NCBI RefSeq assembly: GCF_001194135.2
Contig: NC_068981.1
Coordinates: 78,732,833-78,796,832, forward strand
From: Octopus bimaculoides
Lineage: Eukaryota
Length of the DNA: 64,000 nucleotides
Direction: 5' to 3'
Below, piece by piece: positions 13,030-26,403 of the stretch (its first letter is position 1; each line of letters opens with the position of its first letter). Position numbers and translations under genes: made by a program. Under the pieces are notes generated by a model, which searched no databases, was not told the DNA's origin, and saw nothing but the letters and a program-made list of their open reading frames with translations.

Positions 13030-14740
13030 CGTTCGCAAGGAGAAATCATTGACGACGTTGATATCTAGTATTTATTACCATATTGAAGTCCTTGTTGCAT
13101 GCGATCCATATTTGGGGCAGTAACGTAGCGTGGGTCTTGGCCGCCTTGTGCGGTAGCCAAACTGCCCGTTTCCTTAAGTGGAATACACCTTCGACAACAG
13201 TAAACAAACGTATTCAAAGTGGTTACCCCATGTGGACTGTATACCCCACACTACGCCATTGGTTCAGGGAGACATGTGAACATATATTTTTTCATATGTG
13301 CAGTGACTGTATCTTTGTGCTGGTGAAGGAAACAAGATTGATACCATTTAACATGATATTTTTCAATGTCTATGGTGCCTAGGTGCCAAAAGATTAGCGA
13401 GTAATGAAGGGTTGTACCATCTGCGTAGTTGTATACGTCGTCAGGGGAGACGACAATTAGGTCGTTGAGTTATGTGAGAACAAAAGCGATCCTTAGGCAC
13501 AACGTACGGCAGAGTGCGCGTTAATAAGTACATACTGAAATGATGTGAGCTGACAGAAACCGTCGATCCAGAAGACAAGAGAAGGGGCATGAAGGTGTCC
13601 AGTTTTGCCAAACACGGTCTAATAGTCTGCTAATGGTTTCCAGTGGTTTGGCATTATGAAAATTGTGCTAGTGGATATTAAGGCGGAAGATTCAAAGAGT
13701 TGGAGAAGATTGTTGTTTGAAGTAGTCTTCAAAATTTTTAAGATGTTGGAAGTGCCTTCTTGAAAATATGACACATTGTTTAGTGTGTGTAGTATTAATA
13801 CAAGACAGGCAGCAAATATGGTGGCTTTCTTCAGAGGAATATTGCTCGCACCATTATAGTTGGAAACTATAGAAATAAAACGATTCCACGAAGTTTGTGG
13901 TGGAAAAGTCTTTTAGCAAGAAACCAAAAGAGGAAATGTTTATGGGTTGTACGACGCACGGAAGCATTCTCCACAGCTCGGATTATAATCTTGCAAGAGA
14001 TACGACACTAGATAAAAACTGTTTGTAGAGATGGTAGACCTTTTTCCGAGCATGTAGGCTAAACTGGTGTGGTTCAGACATGACTGAACTGCTTGTAAGT
14101 TTTGAAGTTGTATGTTTTGGTTATGTGTAAGATGTGGAGAGACATTCCCAAGACGTTTTCAATCACCTACTTTTTTGGTAATGAACCAGAAACATGTTCT
14201 GTCAAAAAGAGCATGGAACTAGCAGAGTTCCGACTATTCAGCTGACTTTGAATTATTATAGGGTCCCAAAAAGACTAGGTGCTATAACGTTTTGTTGAAA
14301 AACAATACTGGTTGATGCTGGATAGTCGTGATAAGATATTAGTCAGACGACCTGAAATTGCAGAGATGGCGTTAGTTTGGCAATGGTTGAGTTAGGGGGC
14401 TCAAAAGAGAGTGTCTGTGTGTCAGTCAAGGATATGGGTTAGGGATTTAACTAATTTATATACAATACTGAGAATTTTGGTTTTTGCACTGGCGGCATTG
14501 ATATGAGGTGAGTGAGAGAATCAGGAAGAGTTGTAAATGTTGAAGGTCATGGAATGATGACTTCGAGTAGAGGTGAAGTGAGATAGATGTTCTCGATGTA
14601 GGAAAAGATATGGTTGAAGAATTATTGATTGTTGATGGAGTTCGGAGAGTGGCAAAGGAAGAATACGCATATAGATGCAGAAGTAGAGGTGAGTGACTCT
14701 GATTCAAAGTAACTGAAACTTGCTGTTACAGATATCTAAG
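13030..14740 (-). mobile_element. Degraded CR1/L2-group LINE (APE-RT fragments)
   Basis: Minus-strand translation includes LNDLIVVSPDDVYNYADGTTLH (YADD motif, about 13410-13470) and APE-like fragments upstream. Confidence 0.6.
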
Positions 14741-14789
14741 TCAGAGTGGAATGTGTGTGTGTGTGTGGGGGGGGGGGAAACCGATCAGT

Positions 14790-15775
14790 TTCCTCCTGAC
14801 AATGCGTTCCATAGCTTTGCAGAAATATGAGGTTAGAGAGACATGTCTATAATTTTTTGCATCTGCTCTGCTACCTCCTTTATGGATAAGACATATGCAT
14901 TCCTTTAACTTTCTGGGAAGCTTTGGAAGAGGATATGTAGCGCTCTTGTTAGAGCTCCTTTGGATTTCTTTAGAAGAATAAAGCTTATTTCATCATTATT
15001 TTTTTTTGTAGAGCTGTGGTACCGAAGAACTCACAAGGCAGTGTCATTCGCAAGTGTCCCAACGGAGTTTTGAAAATATTCTCGTATTGCACATTTAGTA
15101 TTTCACTTATCCTCTGGGGGTCTACAGTCGGTGGGCCATTTTCTTCGAATAGTGGCCCTATCTTATACTGTACCGAGGCAGACTCTTTTGCAAATCTATA
15201 GAAGGCTATAGGGTTTGTCTTTACATTTTTGACAGCCATGGCTTCTTCTTCTACCCTCTCCTTTTCATGGGAGTGTTTGAGTTCACTTTCGATCTCAAGC
15301 TATGTTTGTTTGAGACAGGACCCTTTACTACCCTTTAGTAGCCCACTTAGACGGTTTGGAATTTTTGTTCGTCGTCTCATTAGAATCCTACCATCCCTGG
15401 GAATTATATTTTCCGTGGGTTTGACATTCTTTCAGGAACAAACTTACTGCTTGTGTCATGCACGATTGTTGTAAAGTGCTACAGCTTTGTCAATATCTCA
15501 CTCAGAGAGACTTGTAGACCAGTTTTGTTCCATGACCTCTATCTGAATGCCCTTCCAGTTAGCTTTATGAAAGTTCAGGTTGGAGAGAAGTTAGGTGCTT
15601 CTAGTAGTCTGCATGTCTACAGTTTTCTGAGGATCATACATTGATAGTTCTATTAAGTTATGGTCCGAGAAAATCGTTGGCATCACCTCAATATTTTGGA
15701 TGAGCGCCGTATTATTTGTGAAGGAGAGGTTCAGAACATTTTTATCCCTTGTAGGGCGGAGCACTATTTGCGCCA
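14790..15775 (-). mobile_element. Second CR1-like LINE fragment (end of APE through start of RT)
   Basis: PTRDKNVLNLSFTN...SDHNLIEL (APE C-terminus) and KTNPIAFYRFAK...ISEILNVQYENIF linker. Confidence 0.75.
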
Positions 15776-15818
<43 letters not shown>

Positions 15819-16457
15819 ATTAGCTAAAACAACTGTTCAAAGCAACATATTAAAAACAGTAAAGAAAGAAGCAAAACGTTTCACGAATGATTCATAATTT
15901 AATTCTGATCTAGAGTAGTTTTCAATGGTTAGAATAGACATCATCCTTTATATAAGTATGCAATTAATATACAAAAATATATAAATATTTTTATTGTGAT
16001 AGAGAAGCCATTTTATCAGGAAATTAAATTGAAAAATGTATTTTTATATATTAATGATGCTTGTATTCCAACTGTTGGAACATGTGAAAAGCAGAATTAA
16101 ATAATGACTCATCCAAAAATGGCTGAAGTGTCTAACTTTTTATTATTCTCTATATGTATGTATGTATGCGCGATCTTATGAGCACCAGTACCACTACTAT
16201 CGCTGCCAAAGATATTTTTAAATATTTGAGATGATTGTAATTATTCATTTTGATCCCAACTAATCACAATTGTAAATCATATCATCCCTAAACAGTTATG
16301 TAAAAACATATTCTATGTTTATAGCATTAAACAACCAATACATATTCAGATATGCAATAACACGACAAGCATTTTTCAGAATGCAGAAAAGCTACACATC
16401 ACTGTTAAGTTTTGAAACAATAGTAAAAATACATCTTGGCATTTTTTTTTTTTTTTT

Positions 16458-18014
16458 GACTTGGAGAAAGCCTTTGACAGGGTCCCCCGATCCCTTATCT
16501 GGTGGTCGATGCGGAAAATGGAGATAGATGAGTGGTTGGTAAGAGCTGTACAAGCCCTTTACAGGGATGCTGTCAGTAAAGTGAGGGTTGGCAACGAGTA
16601 TAGTGAAGAATTCCGAGTAGAAGCAGGGGTTCACCAAGGATAAGTCCTCAGCCCCTTCTTATTCATTATAGTCCTCCAGGCAATAACAGAGGAATTCAAG
16701 ACAGGCTGCCCCTGGGAGCTCCTCTATGCTGTTGACCTTGCTCTAATAGCCGAGTCACTGCCAGAACCAGAGACGAAGTCTAGGGTGTGGAAGCAAGGTC
16801 TAGAATCGAAGGGCCTTAGGGTTAACCTAGCAAAAACCAAAGTCTTAATAAGTAGGAAGGCTGTCATATCACAAAGCCCTTCAGCTCGATCTGAAGAAAA
16901 GGCGTGGGTAGAAACCCCATACGATGTACCCAACGTAAGCTATTGACACATAAAAGTGCAGCAATATCAAAGGAAGGTTAACCGGGAAAACAGTTTTTGT
17001 GTGTGGCAGACGCACAGGGGCAATAGACTGTGAAGATGTACAGAAAACAGAATCCATCACATGCCAGGGTAAGAAACTAGTAGTTAATAGCTTCCACTAC
17101 CTAGGCGACCAAGTCTATAGTGGGGGTGGTTGCTCTAAGAGTGTGGCGGCTAGAAGAATATCCTGGGCAAAGTTCAGGGAGCTCCTACCTCTGCTGGCAA
17201 CTAAGGGCTTCTCGCTCAGGATGAAAGGTAGACTGTATGATGCATGTGTGCAAACTGCCATGCTACACGGCAGTGAAACATGGGCCATGACTGCTGAGGG
17301 CATGCGTAAGCTTGAAAGAAATGAAGCTAGTATGATCCGCTGGATGTGTAATGTCAGTGCGTATACACGACAGAGTGTAAGCGCCCTGAGAGAAAAGTTG
17401 GGCATAAGAAGCATCAAATGTAGTGTGCAAGAGAGATGACTGCGCTGGTATGGTCATGTGTTACGTATGGATGAGGACAGCTGTGTGAGGTAGTGCTACT
17501 CCCTAACTGTGGAAGGAACCTGTGGAAGAGGTAGACATGGGATGAAGTGGTGAACATTGGGCCTCACAGAGACAATGACAGGAGATCAAGACCTTTGGAG
17601 ATATGTTGTGATTGAGAAGACTCGGCAACTAAAGTGAGATCGCAGCCACGCATGCCCGGTCCAGTTAAGAGTACCCCTGATGTGTCAGGTGATATGATAT
17701 GCCTAAAAAGACCTGAGTCAAATAAAATATTGTAGCTGTGGCCAGTGCCCCTTGACTGGCTCCCGTGCCGGTGGCACGTAAAAAGCACTATCTTTACGTG
17801 ATGGATGTCAGACTCTCCTGACTGGCTCCTGTGCCGGTGACATGTAAAAAGCATCCACTACACTCTCGGAGTGGTTGGCGTTAGGAAGGGCATCCAACTA
17901 TAGAAACATTGCCAGATCAGACTGGAGCCTGGTGTAGACGCTGGCTCTCCAGACCTCAGTCAAACCGTCCAACCCATGCAAACATGGAAAACAGACGTTA
18001 GACGATGATGATGA
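16458..18014 (+). mobile_element. 5'-truncated RTE-clade LINE with 3' UTR and (GAT)n tail
   Basis: DLEKAFDRVPR, GVHQG, ELLYAVDL, LRVNLAKTK and MLHGSETW; tail ...aaacagacgttagacgatgatgatgac. Confidence 0.92.
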
Positions 18015-19722
18015 CATCAAGTGTTGTCTTTTATATTTACTAATTTTTTTTTTTGGGGTGTCATCAATTGAAATTGTTTTCCTCTTCTACTACATATCTA
18101 TAGAATATGCTTAGCTACAGCCAATTCCGCTTAATTCAACTGATTGCATAACTTTTTAAAGCAACGTACTTGTTTAGCACCACATCTCAGTAAAACTGCT
18201 CAGTTAAGTGCACATGCAAATAATGTAAATTTTGGTTAATTGTAATAAGATCTTTTCCATTTTAATATTTAGTATTTTGGAGTTGTAACTAAAGCAACTA
18301 CACTGTAGAAGAACCATTTAATAACACACAAAGTTGTTAATAAACATCCAATTCAAATTTATTTAATGAGGTGTCAAAATTTCCATTGCATAACTGCGAT
18401 CTGGTCACTGACAGAATTCTATTGTAACTGCCCGAGTGACCAGGTTGCAGATATGCAATGAAAAGTTTACCTTCACATTAAATAAAATTTCAATTACATT
18501 TATTAAACAGCTGGCTTTTCTACAATATACTTGCTGAACATTTTAAAGATTTTGTAAAAAAAAATTAAGAGAATATGGAAGCTTTAATTCTATTTTCACA
18601 AAGAGTTCAAATGACTGTAATCAGTATTTCGTATTTACAAACATCCAATGAAACAAATCCTAATATAGTCCAATTTATTCTTACCATTTCACTGAATTCA
18701 AGGTTAGACTAATGAAGTTCGGATTACAGTGTATCTGGTTTTTAATTATGTAATACAATTAATTCTATAAATGCTTATAGTAGATGAAAGAGGATGAAAC
18801 GATCATGATTGTGAGGCTTTTCACCATCAGGGCTGACCAAGAGCTAACCAATGAGAATAAATAGGTTAAATGTTAAATGATTACAGGTGAGAAATAAAGG
18901 CATGATGTAATACCATACATTTTATTTAAGCACAAGTAATATTACAGATTGTTTTGTGGATTGAAGAAAATAATCTCATTTTGTCTTTTCTCTTAAAAGT
19001 GTGTCTGAGTGTGAAATGGGATTAAGGAGGAACAGGAATATTTTGGGTTACTTCTTAGTCTATTTTGACTAATAGAAAAAAAAGGCGGGGTGAGGATGTC
19101 CAAGACTGAATAGTTTGATAATGGTAAATACAATGGAAAAGCTTTTCACATACCCATCTTTTTACACATCCTTCACAGAACATAATATTTCTCAGTGAGA
19201 AGATATATATATATAAGTATATATATAATATATTATATATAATTATACACATATATATAATATGTATATAACATATATAATTATGCATATATATATGTAA
19301 TTATGATATTTACTTTACTTTATATTATACTCATTTATTGTGCTTTTAATTATTAATTTTTCTATATGTGATAGTGGATTTTCATCGATGAGTTCTTGAA
19401 TATTGGTTATTTTCCCTAAAACTATATATATTTTATATATACTTTATCTATAAGGTTCAATTTAATTTTAATTTTTTATAAATTGATTTTAATTGAGTTT
19501 TTTACCTGTAATTTTGGATTTTGTCCCTAATAATATTATTATATATATTATATATATATATATAATTTTTCCGTAAAATTTGGATAAGTACTGTTTTCAC
19601 TTTGCTAAAGATTTTCTACTATNNNNNNNNNNNNNNNNNNNNNNNNNNNNNNNNNNNNNNNNNNNNNNNNNNNNNNNNNNNNNNNNNNNNNNNNNNNNNN
19701 NNNNNNNNNNNNNNNNNNNNNN

Positions 19723-20865
19723 CCCAGTGTGCTAACAATCATGCCAGCTCCCTGCTTTATCATACATATTCATTATTTCTACTCTAGGCACAAGGCCTTG
19801 AAAATTTTCGGGGGAAGGGGACTAGTCGATTATCATTGACCCCAGTGCATAACTGGTACTTATTACATCGACTCCGAAAGGATGAAAGGCAAAGTCGACC
19901 TCGGCAGAATTTGAACTCAGAACATAGCAGCAGATGAAATACCGTTAAGCATTTTGCCCGGCGTGCTAACAATTCTGCTAGCTCACCGCCTTAATAATAA
20001 TAATAATCATAATACTTTCTACTGAAGGCACAAGGCCCGAAATTTGTGGGGGAGAGGATAAAATGATTACACCAGCCCTAGCGTTTCACTGGTACTTAAT
20101 TTACCGACCTCGAAAGGTTGAAAGGTAAAGTCGACCTCAGAACACAGCAGCAGACGAAATACTGCTAAGCACTTCACTTGACATGGTAACAATTCTGCTA
20201 GCTCGCTGCCTTTGATAATAATAACAATAATAATAGTTATTATTTCTACTCTAGGCACAAGGCCTTGAAAATTTTGGGGGAAGGAGGCTGGTCGATTATA
20301 TCGACTCCAGTGCATAACAGGTACTTATTTCATTGACCCCAAAAGGATGAAAGGCAAAGTTGACCTTGGCAGAATTTGAACTCAAAATGTAGTGGTAGAC
20401 TAAATACCGCTAAGCATTTCACTTGGCATGCTAACGATTCTGCCAGCTCACCATCTTTGATAATAATAATAATAATCCTTTCTTTTATAGGCACAAGGCC
20501 TGAAATTTTGGGGGCGGGGGCAGTCGATTTCATCAATCCCCAGTACGCAACTGGTACTTAATTCATCAACCCAAAAAGGATGAAAGGCAAAGTCGACCTC
20601 GGTGGAATTTGAACTCAAAATGTAGTGGCAGACGAAATATTGCTAAGCATTTCACTCAGCATGCTAATGATTCTGCCAACTTGCCGTCTTTGATAATAAT
20701 AATAATAACAACAACGAATAGTTTTTAGCATAAGAACAAGGCCAGAAATTTGAAGGGAGGAGTTAGTCAATTAAAATCAACCTCAGCACTTGACTGGTAC
20801 TTTATTTTATTGACACTGGAGGGATGAAGATCAAAGTCAACCTTGGCAGGAATCGAACTCTGAGT
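19723..20865 (-). repeat. Head-to-tail array of at least 6 tRNA-derived SINE copies (about 230-240-bp period) separated by (AAT)n
   Basis: Complete units at about 19775-19992, 20014-20212, 20243-20457 and 20477-20690, plus partial units at both ends. Shared core aaaggatgaaaggcaaagtcgacctcgg..atttgaactc. Confidence 0.9.
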
Positions 20866-21695
20866 GATAGTTTCTTTATAAATAATAACAAAACAAAAAA
20901 ACTAAATGCAAAACTTCAGTAATGAGAGAGNNNNNNNNNNNNNNNNNNNNNNNNNNNNNNNNNNNNNNNNNNNNNNNNNNNNNNNNNNNNNNNNNNNNNN
21001 NNNNNNNNNNNNNNNNNNNNNNNNNNNNNNNNNNNNNNNNNNNNNNNNNNNNNNNNNNNNNNNNNNNNNNNNNNNNNNNNNNNNNNNNNNNNNNNNNNNN
21101 NNNNNNNNNNNNNNNNNNNNNNNNNNNNNNNNNNNNNNNNNNNNNNNNNNNNNNNNNNNNNNNNNNNNNNNNNNNNNNNNNNNNNNNNNNNNNNNNNNNN
21201 NNNNNNNNNNNNNNNNNNNNNNNNNNNNNNNNNNNNNNNNNNNNNNNNNNNNNNNNNNNNNNNNNNNNNNNNNNNNNNNNNNNNNNNNNNNNNNNNNNNN
21301 NNNNNNNNNNNNNNNNNNNNNNNNNNNNNNNNNNNNNNNNNNNNNNNNNNNNNNNNNNNNNNNNNNNNNNNNNNNNNNNNNNNNNNNNNNNNNNNNNNNN
21401 NNNNNNNNNNNNNNNNNNNNNNNNNNNNNNNNNNNNNNNNNNNNNNNNNNNNNNNNNNNNNNNNNNNNNNNNNNNNNNNNNNNNNNNNNNNNNNNNNNNN
21501 NNNNNNNNNNNNNNNNNNNNNNNNNNNNNNNNNNNNNNNNNNNNNNNNNNNNNNNNNNNNNNNNNNNNNNNNNNNNNNNNNNNNNNNNNNNNNNNNNNNN
21601 NNNNNNNNNNNNNNNNNNNNNNNNNNNNNNNNNNNNNNNNNNNNNNNNNNNNNNNNNNNNNNNNNNNNNNNNNNNNNNNNNNNNNNNNNNNNNNN

Positions 21696-21753
<58 letters not shown>
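21696..21753. repeat. (TG)n microsatellite
   Basis: Direct reading; next to a gap. Confidence 0.95.
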
Positions 21754-21758
<5 letters not shown>

Positions 21759-21858
21759 ACACATGCACACAGATACATGTATATTTGTGATAGTTTGCAG
21801 AATGACACATGATAACTTAAAAATCATGTTAATCCTTGAAATAGAAGTCTGTTTCTTT

Positions 21859-21916
21859 TTTATTTATTGATTGTGAGGTGTGTGTGAATTTTATTTTACT
21901 CATTTTTTTTTTTATT
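21859..21916 (-). promoter_or_regulatory. Candidate polyadenylation signals for CDYL (several AATAAA on the minus strand)
   Basis: TTTATT on the plus strand at 21859, 21863, 21890 and 21911, about 240-290 nt after the stop. The context is AT-rich, so chance occurrence is possible. Confidence 0.35.
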
Positions 21917-22149
21917 TTATCAAGTTTCATTGTTAAAAGAGTATGATCCATCAGATAACATGTTCAATGATGACATGAGATAGTTGACAGTGAAGAAAGC
22001 ATATTAAAACTTTGGGCAATGTTCTTACAATGTAGTGGGAAGCTGAATGAGACAGAAGTCAAAGACTAAACCACCAAGAACATCTAGTCAATGTAGTAGT
22101 AGTAGTAATAGTAGTAGTATCATGTGACTGATATAGACAGAGGAGTTGG

Positions 22150-22311
22150 TCAATACGAGAAGTTTTTCTCATCACTTAGGTATTCATGAATTGCTTTTTG
22201 GTAATCAGGCTGTGACCATCTCTCAAACAAATAGTTGCATTCAGTTTCATTTGTCAATTCAAGTTTCGTGCGCTGATGACTGCGTATTAATAATTTAGTT
22301 GCTTCCATTGC
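22150..22311 (-). CDS. CDYL: CDYL terminal coding exon, 162 nt including TGA
   Basis: Not in the ORF track; translated by hand: AMEATKLLIRSHQRTKLELTNETECNYLFERWSQPDYQKAIHEYLSDEKNFSY*. Acceptor gttttttctgtag|GCA. Resembles the CDY C-terminal helices (KALVR...LEQANERECEVL..IW). Confidence 0.92.
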   Translation of the reverse strand, partial: AMEATKLLIRSHQRTKLELTNETECNYLFERWSQPDYQKAIHEYLSDEKNFSY

Positions 22312-22354
22312 CTACAGAAAAAACAAAAACAGCAAAGGTGATTAATATACATCA

Positions 22355-22705
22355 AATGGGCAAAGAGTAAAGATCCCCTTCAGTCATGAATGACCATGGG
22401 ACGGCACCTAGGAAGTTCCCCTCCAAGGCACAAGTCCAGGCAAGGTTGTTCATGGAAGACCAGCAGTTGCCCATGCATACCAGCCTACCCTCTTTTTGCC
22501 ACCAATGTTATCTAAGGGAAAAGCAAGGGCTGAAACAGCTTGGTACCAGTGATGTTGCAACTCATTTCTACAGCTGATTGAACAGGAGCAACGTGAAATA
22601 AAGTGTCTTGCTCAAGAACATAACACACAGCCTGGTCCAGGAATTGAACTCACTATTTCATGATTGTAAGCCCAATACTCTAACCACTGAGCCATGCACC
22701 TTCAC
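22355..22705 (-). mobile_element. tRNA-derived SINE in the last CDYL intron
   Basis: Minus-strand head gtgaaggtgcatggctcagtggttag (A box) ... gagttcaattcc (B box) followed by ttcttgagcaagacactttatt core. Confidence 0.8.
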
Positions 22706-23059
22706 ATACATGCAAAAATACACATATACACAGATTTACAAATTAATTTACAAGAGTAAGCAGGTACACATGTGTATGCCATGTATATATACATCAGCAA
22801 ACCATCTGTATCACAGTCTTTAGAATTAGAACACTGTGTCCTTGCATGTTGTAAAATGGTGATTAAAAGGGTTGACATCAGGAAGGGCATCCAGACATAA
22901 AACTCTACTTCGAAAAACAAACGCATGGTAGACTGAAAAGTGGAGGGGAGTGTTTGCACAAACATGCTTGTGTGTAAAGGGGCATACTTACACACAGACA
23001 CATACTTATTTTTGTAGAATAATCACTCAGGTTTTTCTTTTTCATACATGTATTTATAT

Positions 23060-26045
23060 GCAGAAGATAAACATGGTTGCTTGCATTATACATGAGTATG
23101 AGAGAGGAATTGGGGTGGAGCGTGAGCTGACAAGGTACAAGACAAAGTAAATAAAAGATAGCCAGGACAGAACCGGTAGAGTAGGTGGATAGAGGTTGCA
23201 AGGGTGTATGTGGAGAGTGACTGTGCTAGCCAGATTGATCACATTCTCACCAGACAGCAGGATATATGGTTGCTCTTAAATACAAAGACCCTCCCTGGTG
23301 AAGAATGTACCCCCTAGTATAGACTAGTCATTAGTGACTTCAGACTGCAAGCCAGAAGGGTGCCAAGAAGCAGACCAATCTAGAAAAGAAGGATTTGGAA
23401 GCTTAAGGACCCTTCCTATGGTCAAAGATTTAGGGACATCCTAATTGAAAAGTTTGATGAGAGGAAGGAGCTACAGACTTGTGACATAGAGGGCAACTGG
23501 GAATTCCTGCGAGACAGCTTGCTGAGTGCCACAGACCAAATCTGTGGCTTGTGCAAAATCCCATCTAGAACTTGGGTAACATGGTGGTAGAACAATGCTG
23601 TAGACAGGACTATTAGAGCAAAGAAACAGGCCTGGAAGAGTGGAGGTAGCAGAGAACTGTATCAGATAGCCAGAAGGGAAGCTAGAAGACAGGTATATTT
23701 AGCCAAGGAAGAAGTAGAAAAGAAGTTTGCATATGTTCGGTGATGTGAGGACCAAAGAACTGAAGTGTTTTGGATTGCAAGACAGTGCGTGAGAGAAATT
23801 TGTGATGTCATAGGAGAGAAATGTGTCCGGATGGATGATAGTGCACTTGCACTTAATGATTCTGCAAAGAAAGAGGCTTGGAAATGCCATTATGAAAGAC
23901 TACTAAATGTGAAGAATGAATGGGAGGAGTAGAGTCTGCCATATGTTGACCCAATTGAGGGACCAGCTATCCAAATTGAGAGTACCTTGGTAGATAAAGC
24001 AATTAAGGATATGAAGACAGAGAAAGCTCCTGGTCCGTCAGGTATCACCATTGAGATGCTTAAAATATCTGGGTGTGGGTTATGGTCTAGTCAACCATAT
24101 TGTAAATCAGGTGGTTCATGAAGGTGTGATACCCAATGGCTGGTGTAGCAGCACCATAGTCAACTGCGACAAATGTAAAAGTGATGCCTTAGATAGAAAT
24201 GATTACAGAGGTATCAAATTGTTGGATCAGGTGATGAAAGTTATGGAGAGAGTCATAGCCCAACTAATTAGGGAGAGAGTTAGTCTAGATGAAACGCAGT
24301 TTAGTTTTGTACCAAGGAGAAGCACCACTGATGCTATATTTCTGATAAGGCAGCTGCAGGAGAAATACATAGCCAAAGATAAACCTTTGTACTTGGCTTT
24401 TGTTGACAGGGTCCCCCATTCCTTTATCTGACGGTCAATGTGGAAACTAGGGATAGACGTGGTTGGTGAGAGCTGTACAAGCCATGTAGTGGGATGCCAT
24501 CACTAAGGTGAGGGGTGGCAATGAGTATAATAAAGAATTCAGGGTACAAGTAGGGGTTCACCAAGAACTGGTGCTCAGCAACCTCTTGTTCATCATAGTT
24601 CTCCATGCAATAATAGAGGAATTTAAGACAGGTTGCCCCTGAGAGCTCCTCTATGCTGATGACTTTGCTCTTATAGCTGAATAACTACCAGAACTAGAGA
24701 AGACATTCTGGGCATGGAAGCAAGGTCTAGAATCGAAGGGCCTTAGAGTTAACCTAGCTAAAACCAAAGTCTTAGTAAATAGGAAGGCAGACAGATCACA
24801 AATCCCTTCAAGTAGATGGCCCTGCTTGATCTGTAGAAAAGGTGTAGGTAGTAACTCCATAATATGCACCTAGTGTAAGCTTTGGACACATAAAAGGTGC
24901 AGCAATATCAGACGAAGGTTAATAGGGAAACTAGCTTTTGTATGTGGAAGACGCATAGGTACAATAAACTACCCAAAATATACAGAAAATAGATTCCATC
25001 AACAGCCAGGTGGGGTAAGCTAGAGGCAGCAGATAGCTTCCGTTATCTAGGTGATCAAGTTAGTAGTGGAGGTGGATGCTCTGAGAGCATAGCTGTGAGA
25101 ATAAGATTAGGCTGGGTAAAGTTCAGAGAGTTCTTACCTCTGCTGGCAACAAAGAGCCTCTCTCTCAGAGTGAAAAGCAGATTGTATGATGCCTGTGTGT
25201 GAACAGCTATGCTACATGGCAGTACAATATGGGCTGTGACAGCCGAGGACATGTGTAGGTTTGAAAGAAATGAAGCCAGTATGCTTCACTGGATGTGCAA
25301 TGTCAATGTGCATGTTCAACAGAGTGTAAGCATCTTGAGAGAAAAGTTAGGCATAAGACACATCAGATGTGGTGTGCAAGAGAGATGACTGCACTGGTTT
25401 CATCTGATGTGTATGGACGAGGACAGCTGAGAAAAAAAGTGCCAATCTCTAACTGTGGAGGAAACATGTGGTAGAGGTAGACTCAGGAAGACATGGGACA
25501 GGGTGGTGAAGCATGATCTTCAAACTTTGAGCCTCACAGAAGCAATGACTAGTGACCGAGGCCTTTGGCAATATGCTGTGGTTGAGAAGGCCTGTCAAGT
25601 CAAGTGAAATCATAGTTGTGGCTGATGCTGGTGTCACATAACTGACACCTGTGCTGGTGGCACATAAAATGCAACTTTCAAGCATTGGGCCTCATGGAGA
25701 CAAAGTGGCTGAGCTCCTCTCGAATGTTGGGCCTCACAGAGGTGAAGTGGCTGAGCTCCTTTCAAGTGTTGGGCCTCATGGAGACTACGACCAAGACCTC
25801 TGGCATTATGTTGTGCTTGAGAAGACCCATCAAGCTGAGCAAAATCGCAGTCATGGCAGATACTGGTGTAACGCAAATGTATCCATTACACTCTTAAAGT
25901 AGTTGGCATTAGGAAGGGCATTCAGCCGAAGAAATCATGCCAAATCAGACTAGAGTCTGATGCAGCCTTCTAGTTTACCACCCCTAGTCAAACTGTCCTA
26001 TCCATGCCAGCATGGACAACAGACATTAAATAATGGTGATGATCA
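23060..26045 (+). mobile_element. Long decayed RTE LINE (end of APE, RT, PHD-like insert, 3' UTR)
   Basis: QIDHIL, KAPGPSGI, YRGIKLLDQVMK, RSTTDAIF and LLYADD; same family as 16458-18014. Confidence 0.92.
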
Positions 26046-26403
26046 TGCCATACTCAAAGGCTAAAGTAGCATCGTCGTCGTCATCATCAACTGCTACAGA
26101 AGCACAGAAGATACTCTGGAAAGAAGCAACTAAGGAGGCAAAAAACTGACAGACCAAATTATGAAAATAACAGAATGAGACATAGCACAACTAGGAAAAG
26201 AATTAGTTGAGGAAATATGTTATTTTGGTTTGTGCCAGCACGCAGCATCTCTGACATCTTTTTGTTAGTGTGATAAATACAAGAAAAAGGTTAAGAGTAA
26301 GCAACTATAGCTAGGATTCATTAACTTAAAGGTGTTTCAGGTTGTAACATGCAGCAGAGTCTCTTGGTCATAAAGAAAACAAATATATAGATGTATGTGT
26401 ATA

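Noticed and set aside
19723-20865. Regularly spaced repeats read as a CRISPR-like array or tRNA cluster
   Set aside because: The units are about 220-bp eukaryotic SINEs with simple-repeat linkers; there are no unique spacers, cas genes or complete cloverleafs.
20876-21827. Long ORFs in the track here and at 49925-51077 and other gaps
   Set aside because: They consist of N runs and dinucleotide repeats.
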